The position numbers and the translations under genes are program-made. The notes below the pieces were generated by a model. It worked only from the letters and a program-made list of their open reading frames with translations, was not told where the DNA came from and searched no databases. A stretch of 64,000 bases of DNA, taken from the NCBI RefSeq assembly GCF_054482525.1, contig NZ_CM137006.1; one strand, 5' to 3'. Positions 13,135 through 24,522 of the stretch are shown one piece after another (within the stretch, counting starts at the first letter, position 1; each line of letters starts with the position of its first letter).

Positions 13135-13201
13135 GTACGCTCAGTCACTTTTCGGTTATATACCGTCACTTGCAAACTGCGAGTTCGCTGGCAGCGTCCT
13201 G

Positions 13202-14272
13202 CTACCGCAGAGTTCCGCTTTTGCCACCGTCCAGCAGCTCAAAACCAGCTGGGTATACAGATTCCAGGCGAGCGGCAATTCGCTGAGGAACTTGTCGCTG
13301 CACCGCCTGCACTGCCTGTTCAATCGCGACCGCAAAAGCTCGCTGATTGGCTGCACCATGACTTTTTATCACCGTGCCGCGCAATCCTAACAGACAGGCG
13401 CCGTTATACTGGTCGGGGTTGAGGTGACTGAATCGCCTCGTCAGGCTCTTTTGTAGCCAACGCTTTAATAACAGTAGCCACCACGACCGTTTTTTCCCTT
13501 CACCCTGAGATTTCAGCAGAGAAAGGAACATCCTGACAACACCTTCCATCGTCTTTAATGTGACATTTCCTGTAAAGCCGTCACAAACCAGCACATCTGT
13601 CTTGCCAGTTAACAACTCATTGGCTTCAAGATAGCCGATATAATTGATAGAAGGGATTGTTTTAAGCACCGCTGAGGCATCCCGAATACTGTCGAGACCC
13701 TTTACTTCTTCTTCACCAATATTGAGCAACGCCACGCGAGGATTGGGAATTTCCACCACCTCTTCAGCCAGGACTGAGCCCATAATGGCAAATTGCACCA
13801 ACATTGTGCTGTCACAATCGACGTTGGCCCCTAAATCGAGGACCACCGTTTTGCCCTTTTGCTGATGCGGTAATACCGTCACCAGCGCCGGACGCTCAAT
13901 CCCCTCCAGGGGCTTGAGTAATAATTTTGCCAGCCCCATCAGCGCCCCGGTATTACCGGCACTGACACAGGCTTGCGCTCGACCTTCTTTCACCAGCTCC
14001 AGGGCCACGCGCATTGAACTCCCACGACTGGCGCGGATAGCTTGCGAAGGCCGGGCATCACTGGCGATAACTGACTGCGCAGGAATAATCTGCAGACGCG
14101 AACGTTGTTCAAAGTCAGCTTTAGCAAGTAATGGCGTGATGGCGTCGGGATTGCCGACTAAAAGAAGAGTGAGTTGCGAATTAGAATTCAGTGCCTGCAA
14201 TGCTGCAGGCACTGTCACGGAAGGGCCAAAATCCCCTCCCATGACATCTAACGCCAGGGTTAGACGTGTCAA
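13202..14272 (-). CDS. plsX: Phosphate acyltransferase
   Basis: ORF track 356 aa; position upstream of fabH; exact start uncertain. Confidence 0.9.
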
Positions 14273-14352
14273 GGTATCGTCGCCGCCCGGTTTGGTCTTT
14301 CCCCAGTTGCCTGGGGAAAATCCTCACTAAGCTTCATCACGCAGACGCGTGA

Positions 14353-14538
<186 letters not shown>

Positions 14539-14577
14539 TCAATTACGGTTTATCCCCGATCCAACGGGGAGCACCAA

Positions 14578-15111
<534 letters not shown>

Positions 15112-15135
15112 TTAACTTTGTAACGTCATAGAGTC

Positions 15136-15300
15136 AAAGAAAAAGGCAGCCTGTGGTTGCCTTTTGCCAATAATTCGCACACATTGCGGGTTACTGCTTT
15201 ATTTTCGTTCAGTGCTGATAACGAACATCAACCTGCAAAACGAAGCGCATAGTTTAAAATGGCTATCATCAATACGCTATATCTGATGGAAAAAAATATG
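15136..15300 (-). ncRNA. sraB: Candidate small RNA SraB (boundaries approximate)
   Basis: Intrinsic terminator (GGCAACC-ACA-GGCUGCC then UUUUUCUUU on minus strand, + coords about 15134..15161) sits about 36 nt upstream of yceD start; SraB reported in the yceF-yceD intergenic region (recalled); 5' end not determined. Confidence 0.4.
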
Positions 15301-15882
15301 CCTAAACTTATTTTAGCCTCCACCTCGCCCTGGCGTCGCGCTCTTCTGGAAAAACTGCAAATCTCTTTTGAATGTGCAGCACCCGAGGTCGACGAAACTC
15401 CACACAGCGACGAATCACCGCGACAGTTGGTGCTTCGACTGGCACAAGAAAAAGCGCAATCTCTGGCGTCACGTTATCCGGATCATTTAATTATTGGTTC
15501 AGACCAGGTATGTGTTCTTGATGGCGAAATCACCGGTAAACCGTTAACGGAAGAAAATGCCCGTCTGCAATTACGCAAAGCCAGCGGCAATATCGTCACC
15601 TTCTATACTGGACTGGCGTTGTTTAATTCGGCGAATGGGCATCTGCAAACAGAAGTGGAGCCTTTTGACGTCCATTTCCGTCACCTGAGCGAGGCGGAGA
15701 TTGATAATTACGTGCGTAAAGAGCATCCCCTGCACTGCGCGGGTAGCTTTAAGAGTGAAGGATTTGGCATTACGCTGTTTGAGCGTTTAGAGGGGCGTGA
15801 TCCTAACACGCTGGTTGGTTTACCGCTAATCGCGCTGTGTCAGATGTTACGTCGGGAAGGGAAAAACCCGCTGATGGGATAG
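15298..15882 (+). CDS. yceF: Maf-like nucleoside triphosphate pyrophosphatase
   Basis: ORF track 207 aa; start moved to [14 protein letters not shown] (194 aa). Confidence 0.88.
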   Translation: MPKLILASTSPWRRALLEKLQISFECAAPEVDETPHSDESPRQLVLRLAQEKAQSLASRYPDHLIIGSDQVCVLDGEITGKPLTEENARLQLRKASGNIVTFYTGLALFNSANGHLQTEVEPFDVHFRHLSEAEIDNYVRKEHPLHCAGSFKSEGFGITLFERLEGRDPNTLVGLPLIALCQMLRREGKNPLMG

Positions 15883-15888
15883 TTGTTT

Positions 15889-15962
15889 GCGCCGGATGCG
15901 TTTACGTCGCATCCGGCAATCGGTGCTGGCGGCCTGATGCGGCGTAAACGCCTTATCAGGCC
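15889..15962. repeat. REP/BIME cluster (two palindromic units)
   Basis: GCGCCGGATGCG...CGCATCCGGC and GCCTGATGCGGCGTAAACGCCTTATCAGGCC read between convergent yceF and rluC. Confidence 0.7.
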
Positions 15963-15993
15963 AACCGTCCATTATCATGCTTATATGCTTGTA

Positions 15994-16953
15994 TTAGCGC
16001 GCGTTACGCAGCTTTTGCAAACAACGCTTCAAACCTTCATCCATCGGCGCTTCGATACGCATCACCTCACCGGTCCCCGGATGAGTAAACTTCAACGCTG
16101 CAGCGTGCAGGAACAGGCGATTTAATCCCGTGCCTGCTTCAGTGAGCTGTCTGTCAAATTCACGGTCACCGTAGCGATCGTCAAAGGCAATCGGATGACC
16201 CGCATACTGTGTATGCACACGGATCTGATGAGTACGCCCTGTTACCGGGCTACAACGCACCAGGGTGGCAAAAGCATAGCGTTCTTCCACTTTAAAGCGT
16301 GTTTCCGACGGTTTGCCTTCCTGACTGACACGCACGATACGCTCGCCGCTTTGCAGAATATTTTTCAATAACGGCGCTTGAACGCTCTTCACATGCGACT
16401 GCCACTGACCGCGCACCAGCGCCAGGTAATCTTTTTGCATCCCTTTTTCACGTAATTGCTCATGCAGAGAACGCAACGCCGAGCGTTTTTTCGCTACCAG
16501 CAACACACCTGAAGTGTCCCGGTCGAGACGATGAACCAGTTCAAGGAACCGCGCTTCCGGGCGCAACGCCCGCAAACCTTCGATAACGCCGAAGCTTAAA
16601 CCACTGCCGCCATGTACCGCCGTACCGGAAGGTTTATTCAGCACCAGGATATGGTCATCTTCATATAAGATGACGTCCGCCAGCGCCGCCACCTTTTGCA
16701 GATGTGGCGAAACCGCCTCTTCTTCCCGTTCAGCAACGCGAACCGGTGGGATACGCACCTCATCACCCGCTTCGAGTTTATATTCAGGCTTAATACGTTT
16801 TTTGTTCACCCGCACTTCGCCTTTACGCAAAATACGGTAAATCATACTTTTTGGTACGCCTTTCAATTGGGTACGCAAAAAGTTATCGATACGTTGCCCC
16901 GCTTCGTCAGCGGTGATAGCAACAATTTTTACGGATGGAGTCTCTGTTTTCAT
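15994..16953 (-). CDS. rluC: 23S rRNA pseudouridine synthase C
   Basis: ORF track 319 aa; S4 domain plus RluA-family catalytic region. Confidence 0.93.
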   Translation of the reverse strand: MKTETPSVKIVAITADEAGQRIDNFLRTQLKGVPKSMIYRILRKGEVRVNKKRIKPEYKLEAGDEVRIPPVRVAEREEEAVSPHLQKVAALADVILYEDDHILVLNKPSGTAVHGGSGLSFGVIEGLRALRPEARFLELVHRLDRDTSGVLLVAKKRSALRSLHEQLREKGMQKDYLALVRGQWQSHVKSVQAPLLKNILQSGERIVRVSQEGKPSETRFKVEERYAFATLVRCSPVTGRTHQIRVHTQYAGHPIAFDDRYGDREFDRQLTEAGTGLNRLFLHAAALKFTHPGTGEVMRIEAPMDEGLKRCLQKLRNAR

Positions 16954-17164
16954 GGTGGGCGATTCTAATTAGCCAACAGGATTCGCGCCACTCATTTTTC
17001 TATGCTTATATTTAGTTTTGCACCTTATTACTTCACTACGTGATCACTTTATTGATGGTTATTAAACCAATCACCAGCAAGAAGTGAAAAAACTGTGAGT
17101 AAGCGGGTGATAAATGGTAAAAGTCATCTTGCTATAACAAGGCTTGCAGTGGAATAATGAGGCC

Positions 17165-17525
17165 GTTTCCGTGTCCATCCTTGTTAAAACAAGAAATTTT
17201 ACGGAATAACCCATTTTGCCCGACCGATCATCCACGCAGCAATGGCGTAAGACGTATTGATCTTTCAGGCAGTTAGCGGGCTGCGGGTTGCAGTCCTTAC
17301 CGGTAGATGGAAATATTTCTGGAGAGTAATACCCAGTCTGTTTCTTTGATAATTGCGCTGTTTTTCCGCATGAAAAACGGGCAACCGACACTCTGCGCCT
17401 CTTTGAGCTGACGATAACCGTGAGGTTGGCGACGCGACTAGACACGAGGCCATCGGTTCACACCCGGAAAGGCGTTACTTTGCCCGCAGCTTAGTCGTCA
17501 ATGTAAGAATAATGAGTAAGTTACG
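17165..17525 (+). promoter_or_regulatory. rne long structured 5' leader (RNase E autoregulation); 5' boundary approximate
   Basis: 572-bp non-coding gap upstream of rne; the roughly 360-nt autoregulatory leader is established knowledge; TSS not determined from sequence. Confidence 0.5.
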
Positions 17526-20500
17526 ATGAAAAGAATGTTAATCAACGCAACTCAGCAGGAAGAGTTGCGCGTTGCCCTTGTAGATGGGCAGCGTCTGTAT
17601 GACCTGGATATCGAAAGTCCAGGGCACGAGCAGAAAAAGGCAAACATCTACAAAGGTAAAATCACCCGCATTGAACCGAGTCTGGAAGCTGCTTTTGTTG
17701 ATTACGGCGCTGAACGTCACGGTTTCCTCCCACTAAAAGAAATTGCCCGCGAATATTTCCCTGCTAACTACAGTGCTCATGGTCGTCCCAACATTAAAGA
17801 TGTGTTGCGTGAAGGTCAGGAAGTCATTGTTCAGATCGATAAAGAAGAGCGCGGCAACAAAGGCGCGGCATTAACCACCTTTATCAGTCTGGCGGGTAGC
17901 TATCTGGTTCTGATGCCGAACAACCCGCGCGCGGGTGGCATTTCTCGTCGTATCGAAGGCGACGACCGTACCGAATTAAAAGAAGCACTGGCAAGCCTTG
18001 AACTGCCGGAAGGCATGGGGCTTATCGTGCGCACCGCTGGCGTCGGCAAATCTGCTGAGGCGCTGCAATGGGATTTAAGCTTCCGTCTGAAACACTGGGA
18101 AGCCATCAAAAAAGCCGCTGAAAGCCGCCCAGCTCCGTTCCTGATTCATCAGGAGAGCAACGTCATCGTTCGCGCATTCCGCGATTACTTACGTCAGGAC
18201 ATCGGCGAAATCCTTATCGATAACCCGAAAGTGCTCGAACTGGCACGCCAGCATATCGCTGCATTAGGTCGCCCGGATTTCAGCAGCAAAATCAAACTGT
18301 ACACCGGCGAGATCCCGCTGTTCAGCCACTACCAGATCGAGTCACAGATTGAGTCCGCCTTCCAGCGTGAAGTTCGTCTGCCATCCGGTGGTTCCATTGT
18401 TATCGACAGCACCGAAGCGTTAACCGCCATCGACATCAACTCCGCACGCGCGACCCGCGGCGGCGATATCGAAGAAACCGCGTTTAACACCAACCTCGAA
18501 GCTGCCGATGAGATTGCTCGTCAGCTGCGCCTGCGTGACCTCGGCGGCCTGATTGTTATCGACTTCATCGACATGACGCCAGTACGCCACCAGCGTGCGG
18601 TAGAAAACCGTCTGCGTGAAGCGGTGCGTCAGGACCGTGCGCGTATTCAAATCAGCCATATTTCTCGCTTTGGCCTGCTGGAAATGTCCCGTCAGCGCCT
18701 GAGCCCATCACTGGGTGAATCCAGCCATCACGTCTGCCCGCGCTGCTCCGGTACCGGTACCGTGCGTGACAACGAATCGCTGTCGCTCTCTATTCTGCGT
18801 CTGATCGAAGAAGAAGCGCTGAAAGAGAACACCCAGGAAGTTCACGCCATTGTTCCTGTGCCAATCGCATCTTACCTGCTGAATGAAAAACGTTCTGCAG
18901 TGAATGCGATTGAGACTCGTCAGGACGGTGTGCGCTGTGTGATTGTGCCAAACGATCAGATGGAAACCCCGCACTACCATGTGCTGCGCGTGCGCAAAGG
19001 GGAAGAAACCCCAACCTTAAGCTACATGCTGCCGAAGCTGCATGAAGAAGCGATGGCGCTGCCGTCTGAAGAAGAGTTCGCTGAACGTAAGCGTCCGGAA
19101 CAACCTGCGCTGGCTACCTTTGCCATGCCGGATGTGCCGCCAGCACCAACCCCAGCTGAACCTGCCGCGCCTGTTGTAGCCCCAGCACCTAAAGCTGCAA
19201 CGGCAACACCAGCATCTCCTGCACAACCAGGGTTGTTGAGCCGCTTCTTCGGCGCACTGAAAGCGCTGTTCAGCGGTGGTGAAGAAACCAAACCGACCGA
19301 GCAACCAGCACCGAAAGCAGAAGCGAAACCGGAACGTCAACAGGATCGTCGCAAGCCTCGTCAGAACAACCGCCGTGACCGTAATGAGCGCCGCGATACC
19401 CGTAGTGAACGTACTGAAGGCAGCGATAATCGCGAAGAAAACCGTCGTAATCGTCGCCAGGCTCAGCAGCAAACTGCCGAGACGCGTGAGAGCCGTCAGC
19501 AGGCTGAGGTAACGGAAAAAGCGCGTACCACCGACGAGCAGCAAGCGCCGCGTCGTGAACGTAGCCGCCGCCGTAACGATGATAAACGTCAGGCGCAACA
19601 AGAAGCGAAGGCGCTGAATGTTGAAGAGCAATCTGTTCAGGAAACCGAACAGGAAGAACGTGTACGTCCGGTTCAGCCGCGTCGTAAACAGCGTCAGCTC
19701 AATCAGAAAGTGCGTTACGAGCAAAGCGTAGCCGAAGAAGCGGTAGTCGCACCGGTGGTTGAAGAAACTGTCGCTGCCGAACCAATTGTTCAGGAAGCGC
19801 CAGCTCCACGCACAGAACTGGTGAAAGTCCCGCTGCCAGTCGTAGCGCAAGCTGCACCAGAACAGCAAGAAGAGAACAATGCCGATAACCGTGACAACGG
19901 TGGCATGCCGCGTCGTTCTCGCCGCTCGCCTCGTCACCTGCGCGTGAGTGGTCAGCGTCGTCGTCGCTATCGTGACGAGCGTTATCCAACCCAATCGCCA
20001 ATGCCGTTGACCGTAGCGTGCGCATCTCCGGAACTGGCCTCTGGCAAAGTCTGGATCCGCTATCCAATTGTACGTCCGCAAGATGTAAAGGTCGAAGAGC
20101 AGCGCGAACAGGAAGAAGTACAAGTGCAGCCGATGGTGACTGAGGTCCCTGTCGCCGCCGCTGTCGAACCTGTTGTTAGCGCACCGGTTGTTGAAGAAGT
20201 GGCTGAAGTTGTAGAAGCCCCTGTTCAGGTTGCCGAACCGCAACCGGAAGTGGTTGAAACGACGCATCCTGAAGTAATTGCCGCCGCGGTAACTGAACAG
20301 CCGCAGGTGATTACCGAGTCTGATGTTGCCGTAGCCCAGGAAGTTGCAGAACACGCAGAACCGGTGGTTGAACCGCAGGAAGAGACGGCTGATATTGAAG
20401 AAGTTGCCGAAACTGCTGAGGTTGTGGTTGCTGAACCTGAAGTCGTTGCTCAACCTGCCGCGCCAGTCGTCGCTGAAGTCGCAGCAGAAGTTGAAACGGT

Positions 20501-20711
20501 AGCCGCGGTTAAACCTGAGGTCACCGTTGAGCATAACCACGCTACCGCGCCAATGACGCGCGCTCCGGCACCGGAATATGTTCCGGAGGCACCGCGTCAC
20601 AGTGACTGGCAGCGCCCTACTTTTGCCTTCGAAGGTAAAGGTGCTGCAGGTGGTCATACGGCAACGCATCATGCCTCTGCCGCTCCTGCGCGTCCGCAAC
20701 CTGTTGAGTAA
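17526..20711 (+). CDS. rne: Ribonuclease E
   Basis: ORF track 1061 aa; N-terminal S1/catalytic domain, Arg-rich RNA-binding segment, acidic low-complexity C-terminal scaffold. Confidence 0.98.
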   Translation: MKRMLINATQQEELRVALVDGQRLYDLDIESPGHEQKKANIYKGKITRIEPSLEAAFVDYGAERHGFLPLKEIAREYFPANYSAHGRPNIKDVLREGQEVIVQIDKEERGNKGAALTTFISLAGSYLVLMPNNPRAGGISRRIEGDDRTELKEALASLELPEGMGLIVRTAGVGKSAEALQWDLSFRLKHWEAIKKAAESRPAPFLIHQESNVIVRAFRDYLRQDIGEILIDNPKVLELARQHIAALGRPDFSSKIKLYTGEIPLFSHYQIESQIESAFQREVRLPSGGSIVIDSTEALTAIDINSARATRGGDIEETAFNTNLEAADEIARQLRLRDLGGLIVIDFIDMTPVRHQRAVENRLREAVRQDRARIQISHISRFGLLEMSRQRLSPSLGESSHHVCPRCSGTGTVRDNESLSLSILRLIEEEALKENTQEVHAIVPVPIASYLLNEKRSAVNAIETRQDGVRCVIVPNDQMETPHYHVLRVRKGEETPTLSYMLPKLHEEAMALPSEEEFAERKRPEQPALATFAMPDVPPAPTPAEPAAPVVAPAPKAATATPASPAQPGLLSRFFGALKALFSGGEETKPTEQPAPKAEAKPERQQDRRKPRQNNRRDRNERRDTRSERTEGSDNREENRRNRRQAQQQTAETRESRQQAEVTEKARTTDEQQAPRRERSRRRNDDKRQAQQEAKALNVEEQSVQETEQEERVRPVQPRRKQRQLNQKVRYEQSVAEEAVVAPVVEETVAAEPIVQEAPAPRTELVKVPLPVVAQAAPEQQEENNADNRDNGGMPRRSRRSPRHLRVSGQRRRRYRDERYPTQSPMPLTVACASPELASGKVWIRYPIVRPQDVKVEEQREQEEVQVQPMVTEVPVAAAVEPVVSAPVVEEVAEVVEAPVQVAEPQPEVVETTHPEVIAAAVTEQPQVITESDVAVAQEVAEHAEPVVEPQEETADIEEVAETAEVVVAEPEVVAQPAAPVVAEVAAEVETVAAVKPEVTVEHNHATAPMTRAPAPEYVPEAPRHSDWQRPTFAFEGKGAAGGHTATHHASAAPARPQPVE

Positions 20712-20730
20712 TAATTAGCTCAAGTAATCA

Positions 20731-20760
20731 AGCCCTGGTAACTGCCAGGGCTTTTTTATT
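20731..20760 (+). terminator. rne intrinsic terminator
   Basis: AGCCCTGG-TAACTGCC-AGGGCT hairpin followed by TTTTTT. Confidence 0.75.
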
Positions 20761-20828
20761 TCATGTTTGAATCAACATATTAAAATTCATCAAATGGCAT
20801 CCTTGCTAACCAACAATGCAAAATAGGC

Positions 20829-20866
20829 AAAAAAAATGCCCGCCCCGGCGATCCCAGAGCGGGCAG
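20829..20866 (-). terminator. flgL intrinsic terminator
   Basis: GC-rich hairpin (GCCCGC...GCGGGC) followed by U8 on the minus strand. Confidence 0.65.
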
Positions 20867-20906
20867 ACAAAACATACCCAGTTTCATGATATGTTTTAAA
20901 GCGAGC

Positions 20907-21860
20907 TTATTTGTTGAGCTGGAAGAGCGACAATCCCTGCATATCGGTAAATGCTTTATACGATGCCTGCAATGCCGTTTGCTGCATGATGTAAGATGAA
21001 ATAGTTGCATTCCAGTCCACATCAACCAGATCGCTCATCTGCTGCGTTTGCCCTAAAGCGCGATCGCTACCTAATGAATCCAGCGACTCCAGTTCGTTCA
21101 GCTGCGTGCCTAATTCCGCGCGAACAGTCAGCACATTGTTCAGCGAGTTTTTCAGTCCGCGGTTGGTTTTATCCAGTGCCGCAGCGGCGGTTTCTTTATC
21201 CGCTTCGCTATCCGCGACCGGCGTTTTCAGGGCTGCGATGGCGCTATCCAGCATGGCAAAAAGATTTGTTTCAGAAGCGCTACCGTCTGGTTCCGCTACC
21301 GCGTTGCTGGTAATACTGTCGAAAATTTTGTCACCCGTGTGCCCTATCACCATCGAACGCGAAGCATCGACCTGTTGTTTAATACTTTCTGCTCCACCGA
21401 CGTATTTCCCTTTCTCTTCGCTAAACGGCGCAGTCTCTGTTTTATAACCGGCAAAAATGTAGCGCCCGTTACCGTCAGTGGTGTTCGCCAGATTCAGCAA
21501 CTGGTCACGAAGCCCCTGAATATCCGTAGCCAGCGAGGCCCGGTCATCGTCACTCAAGGTGCCATTGCTGGCGTAGACAATTTTTTCCTGAGCATTCTGG
21601 ATAGCAGTGGTGACCTGGCTAAGTACACTCTCTTCCAGTGACACTTTTTGAGTGGCGAAAGTACGCGCCAGCGTGTACTGGCTGTTTTGCGCCTGTGCCT
21701 GGGAGAGAACAACAGCTTGTGATGCAGCAATGGGATCATCTGAAGGGTTAACGACTCGCTTACCCGTCGACATCTGTTCGCCGTACTTCATCCATTCTGC
21801 CTGAGAGTTGGTGATGCCGCGCATGTTTTGCTGGTACATCATCTGGGTACTGAAACGCAT
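20907..21860 (-). CDS. flgL: Flagellar hook-filament junction protein 2
   Basis: ORF track 317 aa; flagellin-like N/C termini. Confidence 0.93.
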   Translation of the reverse strand: MRFSTQMMYQQNMRGITNSQAEWMKYGEQMSTGKRVVNPSDDPIAASQAVVLSQAQAQNSQYTLARTFATQKVSLEESVLSQVTTAIQNAQEKIVYASNGTLSDDDRASLATDIQGLRDQLLNLANTTDGNGRYIFAGYKTETAPFSEEKGKYVGGAESIKQQVDASRSMVIGHTGDKIFDSITSNAVAEPDGSASETNLFAMLDSAIAALKTPVADSEADKETAAAALDKTNRGLKNSLNNVLTVRAELGTQLNELESLDSLGSDRALGQTQQMSDLVDVDWNATISSYIMQQTALQASYKAFTDMQGLSLFQLNK

Positions 21861-21871
21861 TTTATCTCCCC

Positions 21872-23515
21872 TTAGCGAATGTTAATCAGCGCATCAAAAA
21901 TCGCGTTTGCCGTCTGCAGAACCTGCGCATTCGCGAGGTAATACTGCTGAAAACGTTGCAGATTTCCGTACTCCTCATCGAGATTGACACCGGAAATCGA
22001 CTGCTGCTGATTGGAAAGCTGCGTCACCACATTACCTTGCGTGGTGCTACTGGTTTTCAACGTCGCGGTTTTATTACCGATATCACTCACTAACGAGGCA
22101 TAAGCGTCGTTAAAGGATTTCGCACCGCCCACCGTTTTACTGTTGCTTTGCAGATCGAGCAGGGCCTGACCGTTGCGGTTGTCGCTATCACCCGCATCTT
22201 CTGCGCTCGCCATGGCGATTTTCGCTTCGTCGGTGATTAATACATCCATGTTGACGATGGCGTCACTTACCGGTTTCAGTGTGAAGCTGTCGTTAACGGC
22301 AGGCGTTCCTGTAAACGTCAACTCCAGACCATCAAATGCCACTTTACCGTTGGCATCCGGCGTCACCGTAAAAGTGGTATTACTGGCAAGGCGGGTGACC
22401 TGCCACTGATTATTATCGAACGAGATTTTGTAATCTGTCGCCAGTACCGCGGAGGCATCAGTTACCGTTGCACCGATCGCAACGTCACCTTTGTTTTTCG
22501 TGTTTTGCAGAACCGCGGGCTTACCGATAGCAAAGAAATCTTCACCGGCATCGCCGTTAGCATCAAATCCGGCTTTGTGTTGGGTGTTGAAAGCCTCGGC
22601 AAATGCCAGCGCCAGTTGTCCAAGCGTATTACGCGTCTGGTCAAGATCCTGAGAACGGAATGTCAGAATGCCGCCCAGCGACCCGGTATTCAGTAATTTC
22701 TCCGGGATCTCAATATTGCCTGCCGTCCCATCAACATAAGCGACAGTCGTACGAGAAGGGTCGGCGCTGGAAGGAACTGCCGCAAGTTGCCGCGCCGTAC
22801 TTCCCTGAACCAGTGAGTAGCCATTGGCCATCGTGATGTTATAAGTGCCACCATCCTGAACGCTGACTTCTACGCCAACAATCTGGTTTAATTCGCTCAC
22901 CAGTTGATCGCGTTGATCCAGCAGATTGTTAGGTGACGCCCCTGCCCCCACGCCTGTCAGGCGGGAGATCTGATCGTTCAGGCTGGCGATTTGTTTAGCG
23001 TAATTGTTGATCTGATCAACGCTGGCACCTATCGCGATATTGACCTGTTTGTCCTGGTCGCGCAGATATTGATCGGTGGTTTTAAACTGATTCACCAATC
23101 CTTCTGATTTCCCAATCAGCGCCTGGCGCGCTGCCGGATCTTCCGCGTTACTCACCAGCGTTTGCAGGCTGGTGAAGAAATCCTGCATCTGTGTTGCCAG
23201 CGAAGAGGTACTGGTGGAGAGCATATTGTCGATTTTCGACATCTGCTCATAGCGGGCGGTCAGGCCGCTACTTTGCGTCTGCGCAGCACGTAACTGGTTG
23301 GTAATAAACGCATCATACTCACGCTGCACACCAGAAACGTAGACGCCATTGCCAACCCAGCCGCCAGCGCCCAACGTGCTATTGGCCTGCGCCATAATAG
23401 TGGTTTGGCGGGTATATCCGGCAACGTTATAGCTGGAGATATTATTACTTGCCGTATTTAACGCCGCCTGGGCCGCGTTCAGTCCGCTCATGGCGTTATT
23501 GATCAAGCTGGACAT
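21872..23515 (-). CDS. flgK: Flagellar hook-associated protein 1
   Basis: ORF track 547 aa. Confidence 0.93.
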   Translation of the reverse strand: MSSLINNAMSGLNAAQAALNTASNNISSYNVAGYTRQTTIMAQANSTLGAGGWVGNGVYVSGVQREYDAFITNQLRAAQTQSSGLTARYEQMSKIDNMLSTSTSSLATQMQDFFTSLQTLVSNAEDPAARQALIGKSEGLVNQFKTTDQYLRDQDKQVNIAIGASVDQINNYAKQIASLNDQISRLTGVGAGASPNNLLDQRDQLVSELNQIVGVEVSVQDGGTYNITMANGYSLVQGSTARQLAAVPSSADPSRTTVAYVDGTAGNIEIPEKLLNTGSLGGILTFRSQDLDQTRNTLGQLALAFAEAFNTQHKAGFDANGDAGEDFFAIGKPAVLQNTKNKGDVAIGATVTDASAVLATDYKISFDNNQWQVTRLASNTTFTVTPDANGKVAFDGLELTFTGTPAVNDSFTLKPVSDAIVNMDVLITDEAKIAMASAEDAGDSDNRNGQALLDLQSNSKTVGGAKSFNDAYASLVSDIGNKTATLKTSSTTQGNVVTQLSNQQQSISGVNLDEEYGNLQRFQQYYLANAQVLQTANAIFDALINIR

Positions 23516-23548
23516 GGAGGTTCCTTATAAGCCTTCAATTACAGAGTA

Positions 23549-23575
23549 TTATCGGCAGCGCCCCGCCGGACTTGA
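23549..23575 (-). promoter_or_regulatory. Candidate sigma28 (FliA) class 3 promoter for flgKL
   Basis: Minus-strand reading TCAAGTCC-N11-GCCGATAA in flgJ-flgK gap; -10 is an exact sigma28 consensus, -35 partial. Confidence 0.6.
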
Positions 23576-23580
23576 GTTAT

Positions 23581-24522
23581 TCAGAACAGATTATCAATGT
23601 TCATGCTGTAGGTTTTGCTCACCTTGTCGCTTATCGATTTCATCTGCTGAATCATGTTGGTGAGTTTGCGGGCATAGTGAGGATCGGTGGCATAGCCCGC
23701 GTCCTGTAGGGCCTGCGCCCCCTGCTCCGCACTCGCGGCGGTCGTCACGGCGGCGTAGCGCGGGTTACGCGTTAACAGCCCAACGTAATCCGACAATGCT
23801 TCCAGATACGAGCTGTAGACCCGAAACTTCGCTTTTACTTTCTTCGCTTCGCCATTTTCATATTCAGTCGTGGTGATTTCAGTGACTGGCCCTTTCCAGT
23901 TGCCAGAGGCTTTGACGCCAAACAGGTTATAGCTCGGCTCGCCGTTTTCACGGCGGATTTGCCGTTGTCCCCAGCCAGATTCCAGCGCCGCCTGAGCGAG
24001 GATCAAATGATGTGGCACACCGCTTTGCTGGCTTGCCAGTTGGGCGGGCAACGAGAGTTGCGCGAGGAATGCTTTACTGTCACCCGGCAGCGAATCATCG
24101 TAGTTACGTGGTACGGCCTTTTGCACCAGCTGCGAAAGCGTCTGATTTTGATAACGCACCACGGTTTCGAGCGGGAATTTCATCGGTGCTGCTGCCGTGG
24201 GCTCCTCTGGCAATGGTTGTTCTGGCGTCATCTGTTTAACCATCATCTCTGCCAGCCCCAGACCTTTGCCCGCCGTCATCTGTTGGGCAATCTGCTGGTC
24301 ATACATACTGGTATACAGGCGAGTGTGCTCGCTGCTGAACAGGCCATCTTTTGGTAAAGCGTCGCGCATGCTTTTCAACATCATCTGCACGAACATCCCT
24401 TCCACCTGGCGGGCCACCGGACGGATATTTGCCGCCGGATCTTCGCCCGCTTTCGCCTTAAGTTCGTTGAGCGATTGTGCATCCCAGGCCGCACTTGCCA
24501 GTAGTTTGCTGTCGCTGATCAT
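23581..24522 (-). CDS. flgJ: Flagellar rod assembly protein / peptidoglycan hydrolase
   Basis: ORF track 323 aa; start moved to [16 protein letters not shown] (313 aa), overlapping flgI stop by 1 nt. Confidence 0.9.
   Translation of the reverse strand: MISDSKLLASAAWDAQSLNELKAKAGEDPAANIRPVARQVEGMFVQMMLKSMRDALPKDGLFSSEHTRLYTSMYDQQIAQQMTAGKGLGLAEMMVKQMTPEQPLPEEPTAAAPMKFPLETVVRYQNQTLSQLVQKAVPRNYDDSLPGDSKAFLAQLSLPAQLASQQSGVPHHLILAQAALESGWGQRQIRRENGEPSYNLFGVKASGNWKGPVTEITTTEYENGEAKKVKAKFRVYSSYLEALSDYVGLLTRNPRYAAVTTAASAEQGAQALQDAGYATDPHYARKLTNMIQQMKSISDKVSKTYSMNIDNLF

Noticed and set aside
17071-17445. 124-aa minus-strand ORF in the rne leader (yceQ position)
   Set aside because: Overlaps the structured rne 5'UTR; no protein features; treated as dubious rather than annotated as CDS.
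19017-20699. 560-aa minus-strand ORF antisense to rne
   Set aside because: Lies entirely within rne; product is an Arg/Phe/Leu-rich low-complexity string; explained by biased codon usage in the rne C-terminal region.
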